NCBI GenBank assembly: GCA_965207665.1
Contig: CBDBMV010000002.1
Location: 2,905,704 to 2,969,703 of the forward strand
DNA: 64,000 nucleotides
Origin: Vicinamibacterales bacterium
Lineage (GTDB): Bacteria > Acidobacteriota > Vicinamibacteria > Vicinamibacterales > UBA8438
Reading direction: 5' to 3'
Part shown: piece after piece, positions 16,461-26,600 of the stretch
How positions within the stretch are numbered: the first letter of the stretch is position 1
Layout of the letters: every line of letters begins with the position of its first letter
The notes under the pieces: model-generated
What the model was told of the DNA's origin: nothing
The model's database searches: none
The model's input: only the letters and a program-made list of their open reading frames with translations
Translations under genes and position numbers: made by a program

Positions 16461-17789
16461 TCAGCCTCGGATGCGGTCGAGAACCGGTACGAGGTACTGC
16501 CTGAACAGCGGATAGTTATCGCACATGACAAAGTGCGATCCGCCCTCGATGACGTCGTAGGTGCAGCCGGGGATGTCCGCCACCAGCGCCTCGGTTCCGG
16601 CAGGACCCGCCACCGTCGGATCGAACTCGCCGGTGAGAAAGTGCACGCCGATCTTCGACGTGTCGATCCCCCTGGCCTTCCCGCCGGTGAGGTCGTGGTC
16701 GACGCTGTAGTAGTAGAGGTCGCCGGCGAATACGTCGGGACCGCCCTGGCTGTAGACCCAGCCGGTCTCCCGGCGGTACGGCTCCGGCGCCGTCGAAGAC
16801 GTGATCGAGTACATCCGCGCCCCGAGATACGAGTTGGTCTGGCGCGCGAGACCGAGGCTCGGGGCCGGCCCGCCCCGCCCGTCGCCCGGTCCCGAATTGA
16901 CGCCGATGACGGCGCGGAACTCGTCCGGCCGGTACAGCGCCAGATCGGGCGCCAGGTAGCCGCCGACCGAGCATCCCATGTAGACGGGACGCTCCAGATC
17001 GAGCGCGCGGCAGATCTCCACCACCGAGTCCATCACCAGCTCCGTCGTCAACCGATACTCCTGTTCCCACCAGGCCACACCGGTCGGCGGTAGCGACTTG
17101 CCGTGGTACGGCAGGTCGTAGGCGATCATCCGGAAGTGCCGCTGCAGCTCGCGGTCCTCGAGCAGGTGCCGCCACTGCCGGCCGTCGGACCCGGCGGTGT
17201 GTTGCAGCACGAGCGGAATGCCCTGCCCTGCCTCCTCGTAGTACACGCGATATTGGACGCCCTGGATGCGGACGTACCGGTAGCGGCCGATCGCGCTGTC
17301 GGCCTCGCGATCGACGTCGGCCACCGCGCCGGGGGGTGCGTCGCCGGTCAACGTCTCTCTCACGAGTCCGACGAGCCGCATGATGGCGCGCTGGTACGGC
17401 CAGACATGACCGACTTCGTCGCCTTCGATCTTCACCCGGCCGTTGTCGATCCCGGCCACGGTGGCGCGGTCCGCTCCCGAGGGGGCCGTCCAGCGCGCGA
17501 CCGAGCCGCTGATGCGGACATCCGGCTCCGGGGTTGCGGCCGGCGGCGCCAGCTCGCGCAGCTTCCCGTCCCGGACTACGGCGTCGAACGCCGCTTCCCC
17601 GATCTCCATGCGCACGCGGGCGTTCCACTGGCGGGCCGTGTGCATGAACTCACCGTCCGCATTCGCCCGCGCGGCGAACGCCGCCGGATCGAAACCCGGA
17701 ACCTGCGCGGCAGCCGGCGCGCGCTGCAGTCCCGCTGCCGCCGCCGCCCCGCCAAGACCGGCCAGAAAGCTTCGACGATGAATCAGCAT
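16461..17789 (-). CDS. Tat-exported alpha/beta hydrolase with an extra N-terminal domain
   Basis: The track ORF is over-extended. Start set at the ATG at 17789: MLIHRRSFLAGLGGAAAAAG (twin-arginine). Motifs: LVLQHTAGSDGRQW, DLPYHGKS, and a serine nucleophile elbow G-C-S-V-G-G. Confidence 0.8.
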   Translation of the reverse strand: MLIHRRSFLAGLGGAAAAAGLQRAPAAAQVPGFDPAAFAARANADGEFMHTARQWNARVRMEIGEAAFDAVVRDGKLRELAPPAATPEPDVRISGSVARWTAPSGADRATVAGIDNGRVKIEGDEVGHVWPYQRAIMRLVGLVRETLTGDAPPGAVADVDREADSAIGRYRYVRIQGVQYRVYYEEAGQGIPLVLQHTAGSDGRQWRHLLEDRELQRHFRMIAYDLPYHGKSLPPTGVAWWEQEYRLTTELVMDSVVEICRALDLERPVYMGCSVGGYLAPDLALYRPDEFRAVIGVNSGPGDGRGGPAPSLGLARQTNSYLGARMYSITSSTAPEPYRRETGWVYSQGGPDVFAGDLYYYSVDHDLTGGKARGIDTSKIGVHFLTGEFDPTVAGPAGTEALVADIPGCTYDVIEGGSHFVMCDNYPLFRQYLVPVLDRIRG

Positions 17790-17817
17790 TGGTCGTTCTC
17801 CTTCGCAGCCGGTCGCC

Positions 17818-18720
17818 TCAGGGCGCGAGCTGCAGGTTGACGAGTTCCTCCGAAACCGCCCACAACCGGGCCGCCATGGACGGGTCGCGCGACCCCGGCG
17901 AAGAGCGGACCTGCCCCGGGTGCCCCCATATCTGCGCGAAACCGTCCGGACCGTAATAGCCGCCAGGCTGCACGTCCGGGGCGGTGGCGGCGTACAGCGT
18001 CGGCAACGCACCCTGCGACGGCCGCATGGCCAGGATGCTGCTGAGCCACAACAATATGCGGCTGAAGCGCAGCAGGTCGGTGCCCGTCCAACCCGGGTGC
18101 GCGGCCACGGACAGACTCTGCATCCCGGCGCGGTCGAAGCGGCGCTGCAGCTCGCAGGTGAACAGCAGATTGGCGAGCTTGCTCTCGAAGTACGCCCGAA
18201 TCGGTTGGTACCTGCGCGCCTCCCATTGCAGATCGTCGAAGTCGATCGCGGCGAAACGGTGGCCCGTGCTGGCAACCGTTACGACGCGCGAGCCGGCCGT
18301 CTCCCTGAGCATGTCGAGCAGCCGGGCGGTCAGCGCGAAGTGGCCGAGGTGGTTGGTGCCGAGCTGCGCCTCGAAACCGTCGGCGGTCCTGGAGAGCGGC
18401 GGCAACATGACCCCCGCGTTGTTTATCAGCAGGTCCAGCCGATCGAACCGCCGCCGGAATTCCTCCGCGAATCCACGGACGGAGGCAAGGTCCGCCAGAT
18501 CGAGCTCCATCACCACAACGCCACCGGCCCGCACGCCACTGTCGATGCGGCTGGCGGCGGCCCGCGCCCTCTCGACGCTGCGGCAGGCCATGACGACACG
18601 GGCGCCGTGGCGGCTCAGTTCCCCGGCGGTGGGTAATCCTATGCCACGGTTGGCGCCGGTCACAATGGCGACCCGGCCCGACTGGTCCCCCATGTCGGCC
18701 GCGGTCCACTTGCTAGGCAT
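17818..18720 (-). CDS. Short-chain dehydrogenase/reductase (SDR) family oxidoreductase
   Basis: 300 aa. Rossmann motif VTGANRGIG and classical SDR layout (NNAG; Y...K region YFESK). Confidence 0.9.
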   Translation of the reverse strand: MPSKWTAADMGDQSGRVAIVTGANRGIGLPTAGELSRHGARVVMACRSVERARAAASRIDSGVRAGGVVVMELDLADLASVRGFAEEFRRRFDRLDLLINNAGVMLPPLSRTADGFEAQLGTNHLGHFALTARLLDMLRETAGSRVVTVASTGHRFAAIDFDDLQWEARRYQPIRAYFESKLANLLFTCELQRRFDRAGMQSLSVAAHPGWTGTDLLRFSRILLWLSSILAMRPSQGALPTLYAATAPDVQPGGYYGPDGFAQIWGHPGQVRSSPGSRDPSMAARLWAVSEELVNLQLAP

Positions 18721-18757
18721 TCAAGTTCTTTCGACGCATCGTGGCCTGACCGATCGG

Positions 18758-19582
18758 CTAATCGTGTCCGACCAGCGGCTCGAGTCCGCTTGCGGCGAGC
18801 GTCGGCGCCGCCTCGGCCGAAGCCAGGAATTCGATCAGGCGCTGCGCGCCGGCCGGGTTCCGCGCCTCGGAAGTGATGCCGGCCGAGAAGGTCGTGACCA
18901 GTTGGTATTCGTCGGGAATCGGGCCGGCGTATGCGGCGCCGTCGATGGACAGTATCTCGCTCACCTGCTGGAAGCCGATCTCCACCTCGCCGCGCGCGAC
19001 GACGGCCGCCACCCGCTCGCTGAGGATGCGCCGGCTCTTGGGCGCGAGCTGCTCGTCGAGACCGAGCCGGGGAAACAGCTCGGTGGAAATGTAGGTCCCG
19101 CTGACGCTCGCCGAATAGCCGATCGATTCGGCATCCAGCAATGCCTGCACGAACGCCTCGGGCGTGCTGATGTCCGGCAGCGGCGCGCCCTCGCGCACCG
19201 CCATGCCGATGGAAGAAGTAGCCATGTCGACCTGCGTGTCGGCCCGGATCACGCCGCGGTCGATCAGCGCCAGCAATCCGGCCTGCGACATGACGAGGGC
19301 GTCGAAACGCTCCCCGCGCTCGAGACGGACCGGGATCGAGTCGGAGGCTCCCCCGCCGGACGCGCCGTACGCCGTGACCAGGGTGATTCCGGTCAAGGCC
19401 TCGAACCGCGGGGCAAGTACGTCGTACGCGGCGGCGAGGCCGCCCGACGTCACGACGCGCACCTCGGGCGCCGCGTCCGCCGCGCCAGCGGCCGGCGGGT
19501 CGCCCGCCGGCGCACCGCATGCCGCGCAGGCAATGGCCAGCACGACCCACAAGCAGATCTCCCACCGTTCGCGCATTGTCAT
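18758..19582 (-). CDS. Periplasmic substrate-binding lipoprotein (ModA-like type of solute-binding protein)
   Basis: Start re-set to MTMRERWEICLWVVLAIACAACG (lipobox). VVTSGGLAAAYDVLAPRFEALTGITLVTAYGASGG resembles molybdate/anion-type SBPs. No cognate permease or ATPase lies adjacent. Confidence 0.65.
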   Translation of the reverse strand: MTMRERWEICLWVVLAIACAACGAPAGDPPAAGAADAAPEVRVVTSGGLAAAYDVLAPRFEALTGITLVTAYGASGGGASDSIPVRLERGERFDALVMSQAGLLALIDRGVIRADTQVDMATSSIGMAVREGAPLPDISTPEAFVQALLDAESIGYSASVSGTYISTELFPRLGLDEQLAPKSRRILSERVAAVVARGEVEIGFQQVSEILSIDGAAYAGPIPDEYQLVTTFSAGITSEARNPAGAQRLIEFLASAEAAPTLAASGLEPLVGHD

Positions 19583-19628
19583 CCGCCGCCCCGGCGGCTG
19601 CCGGGGCAACTGATACTATCAACCTCCG

Positions 19629-21023
19629 ATGGACCCCGGCCGCACGTACGACGTGCTCGTCGCGGGCGGCGGCAATGCGGCCCTCTGCGCCGCGCTCACG
19701 GCGCGCGCCGCCGGCGCCAGCGTCCTGCTCCTCGAATCCGCCCCCCGGCACTTCCGCGGCGGCAACAGCCGCCACACGCGCAACCTGCGCTGCATGCACG
19801 ACGGCCCGTCGGACACGCTCGCGGGCGCCTATCCCGCCGAAGAGTACTGGCAGGACGTGGCGGACGTCACCGGCGGGCGCACCAACGAGGCGCTGGTGCG
19901 CATGGTGATCGCCGGCACCGCCGACTGCCGCGGGTGGATGGCCGCCCACGGCGTGCGCTTCCAACCGTCGCTCGGCGGCGCGCTGCACCTGTCGCATACC
20001 AACGCGTTCTTCCTGGGCGGCGGCAAGACACTGATCAACGCCTACTACCGCGCCGCCGCGCGCCTGGGCGTCGAGATCGAGTACGACGCCGAGGTGCGCG
20101 ACCTGAAGATCGAGGACGCCCGGTTCGACGGAGCCGTCGTGGCGCGCAACGGTCACGAGGTGCTCGTCCGCGCCAGCACGTTCGTCGCGGCGTCCGGAGG
20201 CTTCCAGGCGAACCGCGACTGGCTCCGGAACGCCTGGGGAGAAGCTGCCGACAACTTCCACGTCCGCGGTACGCCGTACGACACGGGCCGCGTCCTGCAC
20301 GCTCTGATGCACAACGGCGCCGCCACCACGGGCGACCCGACGCAGTGCCATGCCGTGGCGATCGACGGCCGCGCGCCGCGCTTCGACGGGGGCATCGTGA
20401 CGCGCGTGGACTGCATCCCGCTCGGCATCGTGGTCAACGCGCACGCCGAGCGGTTCCATGACGAAGGCGAGGATCTCTGGCCGAAGCGCTACGCCGTCTG
20501 GGGACGGCTCGTTGCGCGGCAGCCCGATCAGAAGGCATTCGTCATCTTCGACGCGCGCACGCCGGGGCTGTTCATCCCGCCGATGCTGCCTCCGGTGGAA
20601 GCGCCCTCCATCCGCCGACTCGCCGCGCCGCTGGGCCTGGAGCCCGCAGCGCTGGAGCGCACCGTCCTGGCCTACAACGCCGCCGTGCGGCCGGGCACGT
20701 TCGACCACGCGGCGCTCGACGACTGCTCGACGGCGGGACTCACGCCGCCCAAGAGCCATTGGGCGCGGCGTATCGACCGCGCGCCGTTCTACGCCTACCC
20801 GCTGCGGCCCGGCATCACGTTCACCTACCTCGGCGTGACCGTCGACGAGCGGGCCCGGGTCATCTGGGAGGACGGGCGCCCCGCCGCGAACGTCTTCGCG
20901 GCCGGCGAGATCATGGCCGGCAACATCCTGGGCCAGGGCTACCTTGCCGGACTCGGCATGGCCATCGGCACCGTATTCGGCCGCAAGGCGGGCGAGGAAG
21001 CAGCGCGTCGTGCCGCAACCTGA
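19629..21023 (+). CDS. tcuA: FAD-dependent tricarballylate dehydrogenase
   Basis: 464 aa. YDVLVAGGGNAALCAALTA (FAD dinucleotide fold) and the TcuA-typical RGGNSRHTRNLR. It is followed by a TcuB-like gene. Confidence 0.85.
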   Translation: MDPGRTYDVLVAGGGNAALCAALTARAAGASVLLLESAPRHFRGGNSRHTRNLRCMHDGPSDTLAGAYPAEEYWQDVADVTGGRTNEALVRMVIAGTADCRGWMAAHGVRFQPSLGGALHLSHTNAFFLGGGKTLINAYYRAAARLGVEIEYDAEVRDLKIEDARFDGAVVARNGHEVLVRASTFVAASGGFQANRDWLRNAWGEAADNFHVRGTPYDTGRVLHALMHNGAATTGDPTQCHAVAIDGRAPRFDGGIVTRVDCIPLGIVVNAHAERFHDEGEDLWPKRYAVWGRLVARQPDQKAFVIFDARTPGLFIPPMLPPVEAPSIRRLAAPLGLEPAALERTVLAYNAAVRPGTFDHAALDDCSTAGLTPPKSHWARRIDRAPFYAYPLRPGITFTYLGVTVDERARVIWEDGRPAANVFAAGEIMAGNILGQGYLAGLGMAIGTVFGRKAGEEAARRAAT

Positions 21024-21045
21024 CCCCCGTGCGCCGGAGAGACTG

Positions 21046-22119
21046 ATGCTCCCCGCGCACCTCGCGCAAGAAGGGCGGCACATGGCGCGTATCTGCAACG
21101 CCTGCCGCTACTGCGAAGGGCTCTGCCCCGTATTCCCGGCCATCGAGCGCCGGCTCGACTTCGCGGAAACCGATCTGCGCTACCTGGCGAACCTGTGTCA
21201 CGACTGCGGAGAATGCCTGGACGCCTGCCAGTATGCGCCGCCGCACCCGTTCGGGGTCGACATGCCGCGCATGCTGGCCGCCGTGCGGCGGGCGTCATAC
21301 CGGCGCTATGCGTGGCCCGTACGGGCGGGCGCGCTGTTCTCGCGGCACGGACTCGCGCTGCTGCTCGGCGCGGCCGTTGCGCCACTCCTCTTCTCCGTAG
21401 TGCTTGGCCTGATGGTGGGAATGAACGTCTTCTTCGCGCCGCACGACGACGGGGCGGGCGGGTTCTACCGCGTCATGCCGCACGCCGTCATGGTCGGCCT
21501 GTTCGGCGCGGTGGCGGCATGGTCCGCCATCGCGCTGGCCGTGGGCCTGCGGCGGTGCTGGCGCGACCAGCCGGCCACGCCCGGGGAAAGCATCTCATGG
21601 GGAGCGGCGCACGGCGCATTGCGCGAAGCCCTGACGCTGCGTCACCTGGGCCATGGCGACGATAGCGAGGGGCCGAACTGGCGCCGCCGCTGGCACCACT
21701 GCACCTTCTACGGCTTCCTGCTCTGCTTCGCAGCCACCTCCGTGGCCGCCTTCTACCACAACATCCTGGGTTGGACCGCGCCCTATCCGCTGCTCAGCGT
21801 CCCCGCGCTGCTCGGCTCGGTGGGCGGCATCGGTCTGCTGGCCGGTCCGGCCGGGCTGCTGTGGCTGAAGCTGCGCCGCCCCGCGGAACGCCACGATCAG
21901 GTGCAGCTCGGCATGGATGTGGTCCTGCTCGTGCTCCTCTTCGAGACCAGCCTGAGCGGCCTCCTGCTGCGCGCCTGGGGCGCAACGGCCGCCATGGGTC
22001 CGCTGCTCGGCGTTCACCTCGGGGCAGTCGCCGGGCTGTTCCTGCTGCTGCCGTACGGCAAGTTCGTGCACGGCCTGTACCGCGTCTGTGCACTGGTGCG
22101 CTACCGGATGGGTTCCTGA
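21046..22119 (+). CDS. tcuB: Tricarballylate utilisation Fe-S membrane protein
   Basis: ICNACRYCEGLCPVFPA and CHDCGECLDACQYAPPH cysteine clusters, followed by several hydrophobic helices. The start is either the ATG at 21046 or the one at 21082. Confidence 0.8.
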   Translation: MLPAHLAQEGRHMARICNACRYCEGLCPVFPAIERRLDFAETDLRYLANLCHDCGECLDACQYAPPHPFGVDMPRMLAAVRRASYRRYAWPVRAGALFSRHGLALLLGAAVAPLLFSVVLGLMVGMNVFFAPHDDGAGGFYRVMPHAVMVGLFGAVAAWSAIALAVGLRRCWRDQPATPGESISWGAAHGALREALTLRHLGHGDDSEGPNWRRRWHHCTFYGFLLCFAATSVAAFYHNILGWTAPYPLLSVPALLGSVGGIGLLAGPAGLLWLKLRRPAERHDQVQLGMDVVLLVLLFETSLSGLLLRAWGATAAMGPLLGVHLGAVAGLFLLLPYGKFVHGLYRVCALVRYRMGS

Positions 22120-22123
22120 AGCC

Positions 22124-23116
22124 ATGCGCGGGCAAGACATGGATTCGCACGTTCATCGCCTCGCGCGGCTCGCCGGGGCGCTACTGCTCGCCGCGGCGGC
22201 CGCGTGCGGCGGGCCGCCAGGCGCCGCGCCGGATATGTTGACCATCCTCGCGCCGGCGTCTCCGGGCGGCGGCTGGGACCAGACGGCGCGCGCCATGCAG
22301 GCGGCGCTGCAACAGGACGGAGAGGCCGGGAGCGTGCGCGTGGTGAACGTCGCCGGCGCGGGCGGCACCATCGGCCTGGCGCAATTCGTCAACGCCGGAC
22401 AGGATCGAGGCGACACCGTGCTCGTGACCGGCCTGATCATGGTCGGCGCCGTGCTGACCAACCGCTCGGCCGTCACGCTGGAGCAGACGACACCGATTGC
22501 CCGCCTGACGGGCGACTACGAGCTGCTGGTGGTCCCCGCCGACTCGCCGTACGACACGTTGGACGCGTTCATCGACGCCTGGAAGCGGGATCCCGGCGGG
22601 CTCGCCATCGCCGGCGGCTCGGCCGGCGGGACCGACCACATGCTGGCCGGCCTGCTGGCGGCGCGGGTCGGGCTGGGCCCGACCGCCGTCAACTACGTGC
22701 CGCATTCAGGCGGCGGCGAATCGATTGCGTCCATTCTGGGCGGGCAGGTGGCGGCGGGCATCAACGGCGTGAGCGAGCTGGCGCCGTTCGTGGAAGCCGG
22801 CCGGCTGCGCGCGCTGGCCGTATCCAGCGCCGAGCGCCTGCCCGGACGCCCCTACCCCACCTTCCGGGAACACGGCGTGGACCTGACGCTGACGAACTGG
22901 CGCGGGGTCGTCGGACCGCCGAATCTGCCGGATGAACGGCGCGCGGCGCTGAGGGCCCGTATCGACGCTCTGCAGGAGTCGCCGGCGTGGCAGGCGACCC
23001 TGGCCCGCAACGACTGGATCGACCTGCATCTTTCGGGTCCGGCCTTTGAAGCGTTCCTGCAGGAAGAGCGCACGCGCGCGGCGGCCGTGCTCGACTCGAT
23101 TGGCTTGCTGCAATGA
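22124..23116 (+). CDS. tctC: Tripartite tricarboxylate transporter substrate-binding protein (Bug/TctC family)
   Basis: Lipoprotein-like N-terminus. ILAPASPGGGWDQTARAM...VVNVAGAGGTIG and ...NWRGVVGPPNLPDE are typical of TctC. The start could be 22124 or 22139. Confidence 0.85.
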   Translation: MRGQDMDSHVHRLARLAGALLLAAAAACGGPPGAAPDMLTILAPASPGGGWDQTARAMQAALQQDGEAGSVRVVNVAGAGGTIGLAQFVNAGQDRGDTVLVTGLIMVGAVLTNRSAVTLEQTTPIARLTGDYELLVVPADSPYDTLDAFIDAWKRDPGGLAIAGGSAGGTDHMLAGLLAARVGLGPTAVNYVPHSGGGESIASILGGQVAAGINGVSELAPFVEAGRLRALAVSSAERLPGRPYPTFREHGVDLTLTNWRGVVGPPNLPDERRAALRARIDALQESPAWQATLARNDWIDLHLSGPAFEAFLQEERTRAAAVLDSIGLLQ

Positions 23117-23592
23117 TGGACCTGACCCGCCGCGCGAATCTGGCTTTGGGCAGCGCCGCGTTCCTGCTCGGCCTCGTGCTTGCCGGCGGAACCCTGTTGA
23201 TCGACAGCGGTTTCGGCTACGACCGGATCGGGCCGCGCACGGCGCCCTACGGCGTGGCGCTGGGACTGCTGCTGATCGGCGGCGCGCTGGTCATGCCAGC
23301 GCTGCGCCGTTCACGCGAGGACGACGCGCCCGTTTCCGATCCGCTGCGCTGGCAAGCGCTGGGCATTCTGGCGCTCGCGTGCGCCGTGTTCCTCTTGCTT
23401 GCCGGGCGCGTCGGATTCATCCTGGCAGCCAGCCTGCAGTTCTGGCTGGTCGCGCGGGCGTTCGGCAACCGCCGCCCGCTGCGGGACGCCGGCGCGGCCT
23501 TGCTGCTGGCGATCGTGGTGTACGCAGCGTTCGCGCACGGACTCGGTCTGGCGCTGCCGGCCGGTCCGCTCGAAGCCCTGCTGGCCTTCTGA
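23113..23592 (+). CDS. tctB: Tripartite tricarboxylate transporter small membrane subunit
   Basis: 159-aa protein with four hydrophobic helices. Its start overlaps the tctC stop (ATGA). Confidence 0.75.
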   Translation: MMDLTRRANLALGSAAFLLGLVLAGGTLLIDSGFGYDRIGPRTAPYGVALGLLLIGGALVMPALRRSREDDAPVSDPLRWQALGILALACAVFLLLAGRVGFILAASLQFWLVARAFGNRRPLRDAGAALLLAIVVYAAFAHGLGLALPAGPLEALLAF

Positions 23593-23606
23593 CCGGGAGG
23601 GAGAAA

Positions 23607-23637
23607 CGCACGTGGGGCCAGCGCGGCCCCACGTGCG
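23607..23637. terminator. Perfect 13-bp-stem hairpin between convergent tctB and the receptor gene
   Basis: cgcacgtggggcc-agcgc-ggccccacgtgcg. There is no T-tract. It lies 15 nt after the tctB stop and 20 nt after the receptor gene stop. A near-identical copy is at 27022-27052. Confidence 0.55.
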
Positions 23638-23656
23638 CCTGCGGTACGAAATCCGC

Positions 23657-26600
23657 TTAGAAGTTGTACTGGAAGCTGAGCTTGATCAGACGACCGGGCT
23701 GCAGGCCGATCGGCATCAGGTACGACGGACCCAACGCCTGTTGCTCGCGCGAGACGGCGTTCTCGTTCAGCAGGTTGTAGACGTCGAAGCTCGCGCGCAC
23801 GTTGCCGCCGAGGCCGAAGTCGATCACCCTGGCAATCCGCAGGTCGAGCTGGTTCAGCCGGTCGCCGAATGCCGTACCCGGCGTCACAACGTTGAGCGCA
23901 ACGCGGTCGAGCGTCGGCGTGCGGCCCAGCGCCGCCGCCGCCTCGGTCAGCGGCACCTGGTAGATGGCCTCCCGCCGCGGACCCGGCCGCGAGAAGAAGG
24001 CGGCCGAGACGTCGATGTCGTACGGGAACGTGTACGAGCCCGACAGCGACAGGTTCGTCAGCCAGTTGTCCTCGGCGCGGCAGAACTCCGTTGGCAACAG
24101 CGTGCCGCGGCTGCCGGCGATGCCCGCGAGCTGTCCCGTGGTGCCGCGGCCCACGCGCGACGCGTCACGGACCGAGAAGTCGCCGTAGAGCACCTCAGGC
24201 TGGTTCTGCTGTAAATCGCAGTAGTCCGTGATGCGCCGGCCGGTGGCCAGACCGCCCTGCAGCAGCACGTCTTCGAGCCGGGCGCTCACGCTGAGGTCGA
24301 TGCCGTGCCACATCTCGCTCTCGCCGCCGTACACCTCCGTGCCGGCCTGCCAGTTGTTCTGCGGCCGCAGGGCCGCCTCGGGCGTCAGGTCGACTACCGT
24401 CAGCGTTCGGCCGCCGCCGTCGGGCAGGCGTGAATCCTGGGGCACGTTGACGGTGTACTCCACGAAGTCATCCGGGCCGAGGTTGCGGTTGTCCCAGGCG
24501 CTGAAGTTGAAGTAGACGCGCCGGAAATAGCCGAAGTCGAGCGACACGTTGTCGAGCAGCTCGTGCTGGATGCTGCCCGAGTACTCCCAGTTGCCCTTCT
24601 TCTTGCCCCAGCCGAAGGCCCAGTCAGGGTCGAAGAAATTGCTGGGCTCGTGCGTGCCGAACGAGGGGTTGTCGGGCGCACCCATCAGCTCGCCGTTCGG
24701 AAACGGATTGAGCGGATCGCCCTGCACGAGGCCGTCGCCCGCCACGCACGAGCTGGCCGTGGGGTCGGCCGCCGACGGGATGCACGAGGGGAATATGGGC
24801 ACTCCGCCGAAGATCACGAAGTGGCCGGGCGCCCCGTCCAACCAGAGCCGCGACATGGTCGTATTGTTCGCGATGGGATTGAGCTCGCCCGCCAGGGCGA
24901 TCGCGTCGCGGCTGCCGAAGCGCGAGGCGGAGCCCTTGAGCGCCGTGCGGCCGTCCCCGCGCAGGTCGTAGACCACGCCGAGCCGCGGCTGCAGGTCCTT
25001 CCAGCTCGCGGCGGTCGCGCCCTGGACGGAAATCAGCTCGGGCCCCCACGGCGAGTGGTGGCGCTCGCCGGCGGCGGACATCTGGTCGGGGTAGTGGCCG
25101 TTGAAGTAGTCGAACCGCAGCCCCAGGTTGATGGTCAGTCGGTCGAGCGTCCACTGGTCCTGCGCGTACACGCCGACATTCGTCAACTCGTTGGTTTCAG
25201 GAGGCCGCGACCCGAACTGCGCCTGCAGCGGGAAGCCGGCGATGGTCAGAATGTTCGTCCAGTTCGCGCCGTGGCGATACGCCTCGTTCTGCCACTTGGT
25301 GGTGGTCCGAATACCGAACTTCAGGTTGTGGCTGCCGGTGACGTACGACATCGACGCGCGCGCGGTCTGGTTCAGCGTGGAGAACCACACCGTGTTGCCG
25401 ACGAAGAAGTACCCCATGTTGCGCGACATCGTGAGGTTGGCCCCGTCGAACACGCTCGGCAGGTCCGTGCGCGCGTCGAAGTGCGCGCCGGAGCCCGTCG
25501 CATCGAACGCGTTGTTGAGCGGGTTCAGAATGCTGTGCGCGGGCAGCCGGGAATAGCCGGCCTCGAACAGGATGCGATCGGTATGCGGCCGCACCCATGT
25601 CGCCTGGTAGGTATTGAACGCCGAGGTCCCCTCGCTGCCCGCTTCCGGCGCGATGAAGATCGGAAAGAGCTGCGAGCCGGTGAGCGCCGGCGTCTGCTTG
25701 ACGTTGCTGTTGGCGTAGTACACCTGCACCTTGTCGCGCTCGGTCGCCTGCCACGTGAGACGCCCCGTGTACTCGTAGTTGTTCGACACTTCCCTGGTCG
25801 GATTGTCGAGATCCGGAACGTACCGCAACGCGCTGGTGTCGGTGTTGTTGAACAGGCCAGAGGGAAAGAAGCTGGCCCGGCGATAGGTGTAGCTCGCGTA
25901 GAACCACAGGTTGTCGCGCACGATCGGGCCGCCGAGCTGCGGGGCGACCTGCCACGACTGGTCCGTCTTGAAGGCGCCGTCCCTGCCGCCCGTGATGCCG
26001 CGGTCGATCAGGTCCTGGTCCACGTTGTTCCACAACCAGTCGGCGTGCCCGTAGTTGGCGTAGAAGCCGCCGGTGAACGTGTTGCTCCCCTCCTTGGGAA
26101 TCAGGTTCATCCGCACGCCGCCCGTCTCGACCTCGGCCGCGTTCGAGGAATAGTCGTAGACGTACTCCGCGATCGACGTGTCCTGCGGCAGGGCGCCCGG
26201 CGCGCCGTCGAACGCGACCGAATTGACGTCGAAGCCGTCGATGTGCACCTCGGCGTCCTCCTCCGCGGAACCGTGGATGGTCAGGCGGTTGTTGGAGACG
26301 CCGCTGACGCCGCCCGTGTCGATCGGCACCGCCGTGGTCGGACCGCCCTGAACATTCATCGCCGGGATGAGCAGCGCCAGCGAGTCGTAGCCGCGCGTGG
26401 TCGGGAGCGTTTCGAAAACCTCGCGGTCGATGGTCTCGCTCTGCCGCACGCTCTGCACGTCAATCGTGGGTGTGGCTTCGGTGACCGTGACCGTTTCCTC
26501 GAGCGCGCCGACAGCCATCTCGGCGTCGACGTTCGCCGTGAACCCCGTGCTGAGCGCAACGCCCTCGCGGACGAGCGTACTGAAGCCCGGCAAGGTGAAC

